From NCBI GenBank assembly GCA_964016885.1, contig OZ024755.1, forward strand, positions 28,210,001-28,274,000: a stretch of 64,000 nt of DNA, in the 5' to 3' direction. This document shows, piece after piece, positions 43,110-59,670 of the stretch. The notes beneath the pieces are model-generated. The model ran no database searches. It had not been told where the DNA came from and was given only the letters and a program-made list of their open reading frames with translations. Within the stretch, counting starts at the first letter, position 1, and each line of letters opens with the position of its first letter. Made by a program: the position numbers and the translations under genes. The DNA comes from Eledone cirrhosa (lineage: Eukaryota).

Positions 43110-43468
43110 CAGAGGTTCTCAACGTGGGCCCTACTGCCCCCCCGAGGGACGTTGAGAAGTTCCAGGCGACGCTAGGGGTCGATAGAAATTATATGATAGT
43201 ATATTAAATATCAAATGATAAATAATACATATTATATATGAATATAGTAAAAGAACAAATATATAATATTTATTTATACATAGTATATATAGTATATATA
43301 TTTGTACATAGTAATATATACATAGTATATATTATATTATCTATTATATATAAATTAACGATTTTTCGTGTAGGCAGGTCTTTCTAGAAATAGGATTGAG
43401 GGCGGACGCTGAGGGTATTTCTTGGCCGGGAGGGCGGCTTCTTGGCCCCAAACGTTTAAAAGCCTCTA
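43110..43468. mobile_element. hAT-like MITE
   Basis: TIRs cagaggttctcaac / gtttaaaagcctcta. Degenerate 8-bp TSD cgctagac / cattagac. Confidence 0.6.
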
Positions 43469-44009
43469 CATTAGACCTATGACCAGTCATTCTAGTCACT
43501 ATTAGTTCGTGTTTTATAGTCTGTTGCATTTTTACATGAAGAGAAGTGTTGTAATGTGGAGAGCTATTCTCTATTATTTGAAGAATTTCGAATGACTTCG
43601 TAGATACTCTCTGTTTCAATTAAGGACTGCTATAATAATTGTCTATCCTAATAGAAGCACATGGCCAGATATCAGTGGTGGGTGTATAACGTTAGATTAC
43701 AACAGGCCTGGTAAGTGAATGGTACGTTAGTTTACCTCCAAACCCGGAGGGACGAAATACGAATTCGACATCATCAGGAATTTAATTCAGAATATAAGGA
43801 GCCGGAACAAATTCAAGACAGCATTTGAGGGAATATCCTAAATATACTGTCAAGTGTATTATTATATTGAAACGAGAAGGAGAAAAGGTGAATTGAAAAT
43901 ATATTAGATATGAACAGCAAATAAACATGTCTGACAATATAACAGGTGCACCAATCCCATGCCGTGAATTTATCTAGTCTGGCCTAGGTGGGTTAAACAC
44001 TCCAAATAT

Positions 44010-44300
44010 CCATCTCTCTTCGACAGGTTTGCGGTCGATCTCGTGGCAGTGGAGACATTTGGTGTCCTTGGCCCGCTACCTGCCCAGCACCACCAGCACA
44101 GCGTTGGTTACCTGCAGGTGTAAGCCTCACGACCCTGAATGGCTCTACCACGCCTCTCCCTCAACTATCTCCGGAGAAACGCCTTTTGTATTCGGTCAAC
44201 CAGGGCCGCGGGGTGACCCGTGCGTGGGACCCCATTTGGTCATAATAGTGAGAGATCGGATTAACGGGAGAGATAGAGGCAGTGACAGTGGGAGTTTGTG
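44010..44300 (+). mobile_element. CRE-clade 3' end
   Basis: DRFAVDLVAVETFGVLGP...EWLYHASPSTISGE, with a 3' UTR like that of 34465. Confidence 0.7.
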
Positions 44301-46249
44301 TTCGGTATATGTACATATTTCACAAACACTCACTCAGAGCTTTTAAGACAGTATTTTACCCTTTATGCAACTAGCATCCTAAAACTGATGAATGGTTGCT
44401 GATTCTTTTCTTGTTGGTTTGGTTTACTTTGCCTTTTATAAAGACAGGCTCACTATTGGTTAGAAAGACGATGTTTTGCCGACGAAGAATTGGGCGTAGT
44501 GGTTAATGTGAGCTCTAGAATGTTTGGGGCAGCACAACCAGTGTGACAGGATGGCAAAATTCGAATGTGTCGAATGTAGCGGAGTTGAGATGAAACGTGA
44601 CCTGCAAGTTCAGATGTCCAAAGAAATGATACGACTGGCTTAGAGAGTGAATAGAACATGAACTAGACCGTGTCTATGTTCACTGGACTCTATGCTTAGC
44701 AGTCCAGTGAACATGCTACAAATGTGGCGTAGCATGTCTCTCTACGTAGAAGCCCCGGCGCCCGTAATGTAGTAGTATGGTGACGATCTCAAGAGTTAGC
44801 AAGCAGCATATTTTTAGAGAAGAAAATAAAAGAATTATATTTGTAAAGAGACTCACAAACATAATAAACATTCAAATGGATAAAAACACATAAATATACC
44901 AGAATACACACTCACTTCCAGACACACATAAATCTACAAATACATATACATATGAACAGAAGAACAGAATACACGGACATAATACCATTAAAACATTACT
45001 CAAATCCGTCATTAATTATTAAATTGATTAACAGAGCTAATATTTCTTGCTAATTGTCCAAATACTTTAGAATATGCACTTTTTTGTACGACAAATTTTA
45101 TTCTCAAATAAAGTATCTTTTTACACATCAGCAAATATCAACATAAATAATTTAATTCATGATTTTCATACATTTTTACACCATTCTAATTTTGTAGTTG
45201 TACCATTTAGTTAATATTCTTTAGATTTTCCTGATTTGAACATCAAATATTCAGATTATGTAAATGAATTATTTTAATCAACATTTTTTTTTTATAATAT
45301 ACCGATATGCGTTAAATGGTTTACAACGGTACGAATGATTTTTGTATAGAAATATATTTCGTTTGAACCTGAAGTGTATAAATATATTTACTTTGCTAAG
45401 CACATTTATATACAAAATCATACTGCATAACCGAATCCTCTAACATTAATTTGTTACTATATGCAAAATACACAATAAATAACAAATCATTTACATTTTT
45501 CATTTTTTTTCCTTTTAAATTTTTTTAATTTTTTTTTTAGAGATTTTAAATTTCCGTGCTTCAAAACCAAAAGAATAATTTTTAAAAAGTAATTATAAAG
45601 CCATAACAGAACATTTTAAATGCGATTTAGAAAATCTGCACTGAAGGGAATAAGCGTCAAGATAATTTTTATCAAAAAACAAACAAATTAATTAAATGAA
45701 ACGAAAAGAGGTTGTTGTATAATTTCATGAAAATAAAAGGAAGAAATTTAGAAAGCGAAACATATCTTACTGATCCTACTACGAGATATTAATGTATTTA
45801 GATACATGTATGTGCAGTTACTGTTGTGCCTAATCGAATATATTACACGTTTGAACTTCATTTTGAGTATACTAAGTTTGAATTATAGAAATAAAGAAAA
45901 TTATGTCAGTGTCTTTAAGTTGCTTAAGACTCAATGCCTAAACATCCATATATTAATTCAAGTGATATCATTCCCTCTATTACGAAACTCTCTCTCTCTC
46001 TCCCCCTCTCTCTCTCTCTCTCTCTCTCTCACATAGGCACAGACACATATACACCCCTACGTATGCACAAATATTCTATATTCATTTATTTCTATGTACA
46101 TTGATCATGAGAAATGATGCAGTTATTTTATGCTCTAAAACAATTTAAACTGGAACACATTGATTTCAAATCGAATTCATCTCAGCCTTTTATCTAACTA
46201 TATATTTGTACATGTGTGCGTCTGCTTATTTATATTATAAATAAAGGCA

Positions 46250-46372
46250 TCCGATCGACCTTCGTCAAATCGGACCGAAGAAACACTGTTTCCATTGGTC
46301 TTTCCAATTGCTAATACACTCTATCGGTCGCAACTCCAAGTAGGAGCAACGTGAAATAAAGTGTCTTGCTCA
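46250..46372 (-). mobile_element. SINE family 2, 3' part
   Basis: Reverse complement of 20768-20890. Confidence 0.75.
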
Positions 46373-47589
46373 ATTTTAACACCTTTGCAGTTTTCTGCAA
46401 CGATCACTGCACAATATATGGCATAGTTCGATAGATCTATACCCATCATTAATCCCATAAATGCCGATACTTATTAAGATTGTATTTATACTCTAAACAA
46501 TTGTGTGTTTGTTTCCTTGCTCCATAATCATTTCCAGATAGTTTAATATTTCTCATTAACAGTAACTTCTCATTAACATTATTTCTCATTAACAGTTAAC
46601 AGAAACTTAGTTACATCTTATATACGTTCCGTAGAATATGCAACTGAATAGAAAAAAAAATTGGTTCGTAAAATGTAATACGGTGTCGTTAAACATCGGA
46701 AGATTGCGCTAAATTTAACGGAAGCAAACACTCTATATCTAATTACATTTCATTTAACCCTTGAACTAGTATATATTTTTATCTGTATTTTCCGTTTCAA
46801 ACAGATGTATATTTTTAGTACCAGACTTGCATATTTCATTGATTTGATACATTAAAAAATAACTTATTTTCGTGACATTAAATAAAAGAATTGATGTAGT
46901 TATATGAGATTTAAGCTGCTCCGCTTACCCTTCTACATTATCTTACTCTCGGATTACCTCTCTCAAACATCTCTTAACAATTATCGATGATTTTCACCCA
47001 CGTTATTTTATTTTTGACAGTTTTATTACAGTTCTGCAAACGAGGGACCGTTGCCCAGAAGTAAAATATGGTTACAGGCTATCAAGAAGGTACCACGAGC
47101 ATATGAGCTTCATTGGTAGCAGTTTTTGACTGCAAATAACTCGGTAGTTTCCCTTCCTCCATAGGGTGACCTTAGAAATATATATATTCGATATGCACAA
47201 GAAAGAAATTAACGTTCACCCATTAAGTCACATATTGTTGATGCTCCTTTAACTTTCATTGACTAATCGATTCATTTGATTTATGGTTTCACTAATTAAT
47301 CGATCCCTTAATTAGATGCTATGTCAGATGAGAATGTTTCAGTAATAATAACCTCTGCTTACTCAATTGTCCAGAAAGATGATAACAATTTATAGATTAT
47401 TGCGATGAATTTTTATATTGAAATATATGGTTACATTTGCTAAATGATGAAAGGCAAATCAACTTCGGTCTGATATAGCCGCAAAATATTTAAAAAAACA
47501 CGAAACCGAATACTAAAAGTTATTTAATCAATTAATTTACATTTGGTCTTTGAAGTAACGTTACTCGATAAAGTACGTAGCTCGGTGAT

Positions 47590-47890
47590 CAGAGAGCCAC
47601 TCCAGGTAGAACGGCTACTTCTCTGAATTGAGAGATCACAGCTCCCATACGATGGGCCATGTGGTTAGAATGTCTCAAGAATGAATCGCTGGACAGATTT
47701 TACGGGGAAAACCAACAGGTAGGAGACCGAGGCGTAGATCCCCAGCGAGATAGTTGGATAACATCAGTGATCTTAGCTGATCCAGCCGAATCAGTTGTAG
47801 ACGGTTGATTGTGACAGCAACCGCTGAGGAGAGTTTTTCAGTACTCTGCCTCCACGGCACTCTCAGGAATAAGTTGGGCGATGACTAAGA
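47590..47890 (+). mobile_element. RTE-like LINE 3' fragment, degenerate
   Basis: GHVVRMS...QILRGKPTGRRPRRRSPAR*LDNISDL. Related to 61070-61290. Confidence 0.65.
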
Positions 47891-48029
47891 GGAAGAAGAA
47901 TTTACATTTTGTCCTTCAAACTGGTGACCTTCTATTAAATTTGATGAAACTAAGTTCAAATATTATTTGCTGAGATCTACTAATATATAATACCCTCGTG
48001 TTTTTGTCCGTCACAAGAGATGACTGACG

Positions 48030-48230
48030 AAGGAAGGGGTGATGAGAAACTGAGATAGGCAGGGGTGATAACGTTGACTGAGTAAGGGAGGGGTGATAAC
48101 GTCGACTGAGAAAGGAAGGTGTGATAACGTAGGATTGTGAGGGAGATGTGCTGGAAGAGCCATTGCATCTCGCGAGGCTCACACCTGCGGCTAGCCAACT
48201 CCACGCCTATGGCGATGAGTAGAGAGGTAA
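48030..48230 (-). mobile_element. CRE-clade fragment with an adjoining ~29 bp tandem repeat
   Basis: ASRRCEPREMQWLFQHISLTILR, and ggggtgataacgtcgactgag-like units x3-4 at 48030-48135. Confidence 0.7.
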
Positions 48231-48322
48231 ATCACACTGACGAATTACATCTTAATTTGATTCCTTCTTGTATACTTCACTTTCTTGAACTGAACAAATA
48301 CCATGCATACTGTCTTGCATAT

Positions 48323-48389
<67 letters not shown>

Positions 48390-48599
48390 TACGGCCATAT
48401 AGCCCTTAACACACGACTTAAAGTCTATATTTTGAAGATTACAATGTTTAATTGAAGAATGACCCACAACAATAGTAGTAGTAGTAGTAGCGGCAGCATT
48501 AATGGTGGTAGTAGTAGCAATAGTAGTAGTAGTAGTAGTAGTAGTATATTATATTTGATAGACTATGCTATATGAGAAGAACTTATATATCTTTAGAAA

Positions 48600-48960
48600 T
48601 AATTGTTTCTACTTTAGGCACAAGGCCAGCAATTACCCAGTGCATTACTGGTACTTTATTTCTAGAAATAATATTACTTGTTTAGGAATGGTTTTGAGAA
48701 TAATTCAGTCGTAATATTATATTTAATCGGGTATTGTGAGAGTTGAATTGCAGAAATATTGGTTTCTGATTTAGACACAATTTGATGGGAGGGGAAATTT
48801 AATTAAGTCGACACCAGTGCATCACTGGTACTTTATTTTATCGACCCTGTCAGGATGAAAGGCAAAGCTAACCTCGGCAGGATTTGAAGTCAGTTCGTAA
48901 AGGGGCGTAACACTATGCCATACAGCACGTTGTCCAACGCTCTACTGATAGTGCCAATCC
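48600..48960 (-). mobile_element. SINE family 1 (tail fragment plus a full copy)
   Basis: 48600-48660 and 48760-48960. The fragment is bracketed by tagaaataat direct repeats. Confidence 0.75.
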
Positions 48961-49848
48961 CCCATTGGGCGTAAGTTCCAAAGTTCGTAGAGATAAATTG
49001 ATAAAATAATTAGATGGGTGCTAGCATTGTTAATACTTGTTTGTGGTTTATAAATCATAATTTAAACAGCAGGCTTGATTTTTTCTTAATTAAAACTAGC
49101 AGCTGTGCCCGGTATTACCTCAGTTGATAAAAACAACAGACATGACAGGTAGTCTAAAATCATTTCCTTGAAAAAATGCACTTTCTCTGCCACAATTAAG
49201 CTACCAATTTGTAAATGTGTGGCCTACATATGGCACAATACATACACACATTTGTAGTTTTATATCTACAACAACTAGCTTATATATCTGTTGAATCGTA
49301 ATGAATATCACGAAGAACATTTTATTCCGCACCATAAAAGCTACACTGCTGTTGAATAGAGTAAATACAGGTGAATAATGTCTTCTTCACTTAGGGACGA
49401 ATTAAGAGATTAGTTTTGCTTCTTAGCTTCTTCGGAATTTCGATGTATTTTTTTTTTTTTTCATTCGTCTTTTTTTCATTCGACTTTTTTGCATTCGTCT
49501 TTTTTTGTTTTGTTAACAATTACTTCGCAACAACAACGTTACATTTCTGGTTACGCCCTTACGGTTAAGTACTTCGTTTATGAATTAACCGAGTGATTCA
49601 CTTCATCACCAACAGAATACCATATAGGTCATTGGTCAGAGGGTAATTCTTACAGAACCACAAGAAAAAAATATAAAGAAAAATACACAAAGGCAACACA
49701 CATCACACAGCTGGAATTTACACTTTTTACAGAATGATTCAATAATTTTGTGTATATGAATAATTATAAGTGAGATATGTGAGAGAGTCTGTGTGCATGT
49801 GGCCACTTCTCTGAGTTTGTGTGTAGCTTATGAGCACGTGCGTGTATA

Positions 49849-49893
<45 letters not shown>

Positions 49894-50024
49894 ACGTTCA
49901 TACTCATTTTTCCCATTTCTGAGAGGGATCTAAATTCCACTATCAGGCTAACATTTCTTTAGTAAAAAAATACGGTGAAAGATTCTATTTCAAATTTGAA
50001 ACTCCCTCGCTGTTTCAAAAGCAC

Positions 50025-50056
<32 letters not shown>

Positions 50057-50059
50057 GGG

Positions 50060-50680
50060 TTAAAGAGTCAATGTCAAGTCCAGTCCATAAAGTGACACCT
50101 CAAGCCAGCGTTTTGGCTGTCGACCCTTGCTTGTTTCCCCACTAACATTCCGTCTATCATAATTTCTTCACAACACGAATTGATCTTTGGATATAACCAT
50201 ACAGTTTATATAGTCTTGACCATATCTCATTGATAGAGATATGGTCATTGAGTACTTTGTTAATCATAATCTCATGGCACGGTTCTGGAATGGAGAGAAC
50301 TTCTGAAGTGACTTTGACGTCACTAGAGATTGGTTTATATATCCCCATCTCTAAAACAAGTCTATGACAACTGATAAAAACAATGACAATCTCCAACTCA
50401 CAATCTACAACTAACAAATTGCTGATGTTACGGAGTTTGTATATAGTCTCGAAATCCCTGTTCAATCGGCTGTCTTCTTCAGAAATATAACACAAGTGCT
50501 AGGATGTAAGTATCAAAGATCTTAGCCTTCAACTGATACGAAACTCGTTTTGATGTTAGCACTTTTTTGTTCCAGTTGAAAGCTGCCCAACTCAGAGCGA
50601 TGCGATACTGCACAGCAACTATTCCATTGCTGTTGGATGATAGCTTGTGACCGAGATATACAAACTCCGTAACATCAGGC
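50060..50680 (-). mobile_element. RTE-like LINE fragment with an internal inverted segment
   Basis: Minus: DVTEFVYLGHKL...RIALSWAAF...KAKIFDTYIL, and later KLYGYIQRS...LWTGLD. Plus ~50325-50450: EIGLYIPISKT...DVTEFVY. Confidence 0.75.
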
Positions 50681-50789
50681 TAACATTTTTCTGAGAAAAA
50701 TCGATTGAATCGACTCCAGAAGCTGATCAATACATGACAGGCACTTTATTTAAGTACTTGGTTCGCCAGTCTCTCCGGGGGAAGTCTCA

Positions 50790-51010
50790 AAGCGTGCCCA
50801 AACCAGCCCAGGCGTCGCTTGCAGATGGCAGAAGAGACTAGTTGCGTCCAACTTCTTCTCTTGGCTGGTCTTAAGGTGCCATGTTTCACTTCCGTACAAG
50901 AGTGTGGACAGCACGTTGCTGTTGTAGAATCTCATCTTTGTTTTGAGGATGAACTTCCTGCTCTTCCAGATCTTGACAAGCTGGTTAAATGCAAAGAATA
51001 CCAAACACTG
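50790..51010 (-). mobile_element. RTE LINE fragment
   Basis: AFNQLVKIWKSRK...KMRFYNSNVLSTLLYGSETWHL. Its end matches 14253-14298, so same family with an internal deletion. Confidence 0.85.
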
Positions 51011-51672
51011 GAAACTGGTTCCTGTCTCAATGGCTTTCTTAAATACACTATAAGTCACTACAACGTCCTGGCCACACTGCACAGTCTGCATGCCTCCAGT
51101 AGCCTCACAGTGTTGCCAAGGAAGCTAAGTCAAGAATGAAATAATGAAGCTGGTCTTTTATCACAGATCTCTTTAACTATAATCTAATCTAGAGCAAGAA
51201 ATGTTTCGGTTTATTTTATTGTCGCTATGCTGTATGTGTTTGTGTGTGTATGACTGTATGTATGTATGTATGTATATGTGTGTGTGTGTGTTTCTATGCG
51301 TTTTTGTTTTTATGTGTGGGTGTGAGTGCGTGTGTGTCTATATGTGAATGCGTGCGTCTGTAGAGAATGGTGTTACTATAGCGGTGTATATATCAGACTT
51401 GTTAGAGTGTCGGGTGGGATATCAGACTGATGACGCAAGTTGCTGATGGGAAAGGGGGCGTAATACTCCAAGTAAGAGGAAAAGAATACTAAAATATCAA
51501 TAAACCAAAATTTATGAATGAACTTATTAATGAAGGAAAGAATGAATGAATGAATGAATGAAAGGCTGGATATATCAATGAGAGATTAAGACTTCAGTTT
51601 TACGATAATCTAGCAGCCTAGCGAAGAAACAGATTAATCAATATGTATGTGCGTGTGTATATATGCATATAT

Positions 51673-51773
<101 letters not shown>

Positions 51774-51869
51774 TATATAAACAAATATATATGTAAATAA
51801 ATATATATACACAAATAAATACATATGCATATATATATATATATAGTAATAATAATAAATACAAAGACT

Positions 51870-52075
51870 AAAATCCAAAGAGGGCTCGATAAGGATAAAT
51901 ATATATCAAATATATAAGAACTATAGAGCAAATATTTATTAAAATAACAGATTAAAGATTAAGCAAAGAATCGCTGCTTTCACCCTTAACGGGATCTTCT
52001 GGAGTTTCAGAAGATCCCGTTAAGGGTGAAAGCAGTGATTCGTCGCTTAATCTTTAATCTGTTATTTAAATAATG
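51870..52075. mobile_element. Fold-back element family B, complete
   Basis: Arms ~51938-52001 and ~52008-52072, ~65-70 nt extension, TA-rich flanks. Confidence 0.8.
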
Positions 52076-52087
52076 ATATATATATAA

Positions 52088-52230
52088 TTGTTTCTACTTT
52101 TGGCACAAGGCCAGCAAATACCCAGTGCATTACTGGTACTTTATTTTATCGACTCCGTAAGGATGAAAGGCAAAGTTAACCTCGGTGGGATTTGAACTTA
52201 GTCCGTAAGGGGACGTAACTATGCTGCATA
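52088..52230 (-). mobile_element. SINE family 1
   Basis: Core reverse complement. Confidence 0.85.
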
Positions 52231-52718
52231 TATATATATATATATATATATATAATGAGTCCAGAAATAGCCGTCGAAACAGCTTGAGCTCTGCCGTCGG
52301 CGTCATACTTTTTCCTATATATATATAAAGATTATCCCGAATTCAATCGGGGGTAGAAGGAGATCGATTGTTACATATAGCTAGTGATATACCTGGGAAG
52401 TGATATTAAAAAGACCAGATTATATCGTAATTATTGATGTGGATGCTGCTGTCATTTCACCCCAATTGAGGACTATTTGAACAAACTTTTGAGCAGAGCA
52501 TTGCACCCGTGATTGTCACATTTGGTCATTTTAGTAAGAAAGACAGAGCTGCATTATAAAAACCAAGTCACTTCATTTATAAACGTTAGAATATAACTTG
52601 GTGGAGATTTGGCTGCTATTTCTACAGATGTGGTGACCACATCGAGGTTCCAGTATGTTATCCATCTCCTAATGCGTGATGTTCTACTCGGGTAATATGT
52701 GAGTGGGAGGAGAGGAAC

Positions 52719-52795
<77 letters not shown>

Positions 52796-52805
52796 GAGAG
52801 AGAGC

Positions 52806-52862
<57 letters not shown>

Positions 52863-53015
52863 GCAATAGTCAGATACAGAGTGAGAAGGAAAGGGAAGTT
52901 ATGTTAGAAAGATAGCTGGTGCCGAAATAGAGAAGGATGTGAAGCAGAGAGAGTGAGAGAGATAGAGAGAGAGCGAGCGAGAGATAGAGAGAGAGAGAGA
53001 GGGGAGGGGGAGAGA

Positions 53016-53060
<45 letters not shown>

Positions 53061-53110
53061 TGTGAGGCGAGGGTGAAAAAAAGGAAAGAAAAATAAATTA
53101 AGGAAGGGAC

Positions 53111-53180
<70 letters not shown>

Positions 53181-53520
53181 GTATTCAGAGATGTATTCGT
53201 ATATACATACATACATATACACACACACACGCAAAAAGTTTCAGGAAATAACAAAGGGAATTTGAGAGCCCTTATTGATCGTTAGTGAGAAAAAAAAAAA
53301 TAGAAGGAAACACACACACATATATATATATGTGTGTATGTGTATGCATGTGCGTATGTGTGTGTGTGTATATATATATATATGTATATATATACGTATA
53401 CATATATGAGTGTATGCATGTGTATACATGTGTGTGTGTATATATATATGTGCGTGTGTGTGTGTGTGTATATATCTGTGTGTGTGTGTGTATCTGAATA
53501 TATATGTATGCATATATGTA

Positions 53521-53576
<56 letters not shown>

Positions 53577-53829
53577 GGTGTGCATGTGTGTGTATGTGTG
53601 TCTGTGCGTTTATCCGTATCTATCTATCTGAATATACATATATACATACATGCACGCGTATATAAACCAGCACACAGGCGTACACATGTATACACTCCCT
53701 CAAACCGTAAACAACGTTTAACAAGTGAGAGAAGAACGGACGAAGTATAAACTACAGTAGTGTTTGTTTATGATGTAAATTCGTAGAAGCCGGGTCTGCC
53801 GCAAAAATATATATACATACATAAATATA

Positions 53830-53903
<74 letters not shown>

Positions 53904-53939
53904 CATACATACACAGACACACACACATACATATGTATA

Positions 53940-53983
<44 letters not shown>

Positions 53984-54008
53984 CATACACAGCCACACAC
54001 ACACACAC

Positions 54009-54089
<81 letters not shown>

Positions 54090-54328
54090 AGAGAAAATGC
54101 CGGCCGAAGGAAGTCCTCTCTCTCTTTCCCAAGAACAAATAAATAACAGAAAATAATAGGATATATATGACAAAAAATAATGGTATTTAATAAATATATA
54201 TAATTAAATATATTAATATATTCGGAAAATATATATACAGAATATATATATATATATAGATCGAGAGGAGAGTAAACTTAATCTCTTCTCCAACAAAAAA
54301 AAAAATATAACATACAGACATATATACA

Positions 54329-54395
<67 letters not shown>

Positions 54396-54397
<2 letters not shown>

Positions 54398-54437
54398 CAT
54401 GTAAACAGAAACAACAACACAATCGGTTCAGTATATG

Positions 54438-54491
<54 letters not shown>

Positions 54492-54531
54492 CAGGTAAAC
54501 AGAAACAACAACACAATCGGTTCAGTATATG

Positions 54532-54619
<88 letters not shown>

Positions 54620-54680
54620 ATAACAGGTAAACAGAAACAACAACACAATCGGTACAGTATATCAGTATATGGAAGGGATA
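54396..54680. repeat. Three ~48 bp units separated by variable (TA)n
   Basis: aacaggtaaacagaaacaacaacacaatcggttcagtatatggaaggg at ~54396, 54490 and 54621. Confidence 0.9.
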
Positions 54681-55070
54681 TATATATTCTTATAAATATT
54701 TATATATATATATTATATATATTTATTCTTATAAATATTTATATATATTATATATATTTATTCTTATATATATATATATATATACATACATATATATATT
54801 CTTATATGTGTATATATATAAATATATATAGGCATATGTATACAGGAAGAATTACGACAATAACAAATACTCACAGAAAGTGCTGTCTTACACACATGAA
54901 GCCCGACAAGAGATGTTCAACGTAAACTTCTCTGAATGACTTTGAATCTGGAGTAGTATTTCTAGCTAGCTTTATATAGTGAATACCATTCCCATACTTC
55001 TTACTACGACCAAGTGTACTACACAGTATATATGATTACATAGTAACACAAATAAACTACCCACGCCTGT

Positions 55071-55147
<77 letters not shown>

Positions 55148-55260
55148 CACACACACACACACGCACGCACACACATAGACGTAGACACACGTACAGGCTC
55201 ATATAGGTACAGTCGCGCATAATCTTATGCAAACACTTACGTAGCCCCGCTGAAACAAAT

Positions 55261-57732
<2,472 letters not shown>

Positions 57733-57767
57733 ATATATATATACATATGTATGTGTGTGTGTGTGTG

Positions 57768-57859
<92 letters not shown>

Positions 57860-57886
57860 TAGAGCCTATATATCTGTGTATGTATA

Positions 57887-57938
<52 letters not shown>

Positions 57939-58008
57939 GCGGTAGAGCATATACATGTGTGTATGTATATATATATACATTATATATATATATGTGTGTG
58001 TGTGTGTG

Positions 58009-58062
<54 letters not shown>

Positions 58063-59389
58063 TAGAGCATATACATGTGTGTATATATATATACATTATA
58101 TATATATATATATATATGCAGAGCTTATATTTAATTTGTTGGGATTCAACAAGCTTAAAAAATTTTTTTTATAACTGATATGTCTGCGTTTGTTTTTATG
58201 TGCGTGTGTATGTATATATATATATACATCGATAAAAACACACAGAAACACCCACCTACACACACACCAAAATACACACACTTACACACGCATATATATA
58301 TATATATACATATATATATACATATAAAAGTTTCCTATCACGACGTATAGAATCCGTTGTTCCCACAAATCAATCGAAGTCACACCTATTTCTCCCACTC
58401 ATATAAACATATACATATACGCAAGCCGCCCACACAAACGATGTCTATATGTTTATATATGAACGCATACACCTATACACACTTATACACACTTATACAC
58501 ATAATTATATATACGAAATGCATTTCAATATCATTTTATCATATATATGCGGAAAATGCTAATCACCGAACCAACAAAAAATGCACTACTCTGGAAAGTA
58601 TGTGGATGTGTGTGTGTGTGAGTGTATGTGTGCATATGTGACTTTGTTTGTGTATGTGTGTGAGTGTGTGGGTGTGTATTCGCCCCTCGTCGGATCCTCC
58701 GACAAGTTTTATGAGTAAAACCTGTGTGCGTAGGTGTATGATATTATCCAACATACATCAATGTGTATGAGTTTCCGTGATCAATGCAAGAGCCTACTCC
58801 GCGATATTTGTTGACATGAGGTTGAACATTCTACAAACTGCCACGCATTTAGCGTAGTTGTCAGGGAGATTCAGTATTTCAAAATCAATGGCAAAAATGA
58901 CCTTTTCATGTACAAGTAGAATATATTTTTGTGTGCAGTATGGACTGGAGCAACGCAAAATAATGTCTAATTCTACAACGCGTATCCCGCTGCAGGGAGA
59001 ATCGAACACAGGAATTTCTGAAGACCCTACTATTAAGACACAAGACTTCCCACTAAGACAAAGGACCTTGGTACCAACAACTACACAATTGGATATTGAT
59101 TTGTAGACTTAATCGGTCACAGGGCTTTAACCTCACTTCTTGATCCTTTAGTAATTTACTCACGGCTTAATCTTGTTAAAGCCTTCGATTGAGGAGGCTG
59201 AGTTTCAGTATATGACCCTTACTTGCAAACAATCTTGGTGACCCTAAATAAATGGTCAATGCTTTTGTACATTACTCTCTGACCTAGACGAAAATGGTCA
59301 ATTTATTCTCAGAGTAGAAGCATTGCCGATTTTATGACCAATCACACGCATACATAACACCCACTCCACCATATATATTTTATATATAT

Positions 59390-59670
59390 GCGGAAGCACG
59401 TGGCCTAGTGGCAAGATCATAATGTCGTGGACTTACGATCATAATGACGTGGATTCGATTCCTGGGTTGCGTGTTGTGTTCTTCAGCAAAACACTTCATT
59501 TCATGTTGCTCCACTATACTCAGCTGAAAATGAGTACCAGCTGTAGCTGGGGGGTTTAAACGTGCGATGGATTAGCACCCTGTCCAGGGGGAAGTCTTGC
59601 ACTCTCAGTCACTTCTCACCATGAAACCGGGATAATCACGGGCCAAATGACCCTTCCGGCTGAAGACAGA
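59390..59670 (+). mobile_element. SINE family 2
   Basis: tggcctagtgg head with an internal duplication, ggattcgattcc B-box, and core acacttcatttcatgttgctcc. Confidence 0.7.

Noticed and set aside
49074-49270. Helitron/Helentron-like non-autonomous element (actag...cccgg start)
   Set aside because: Single copy in the window, with no clear subterminal hairpin or IR pair.
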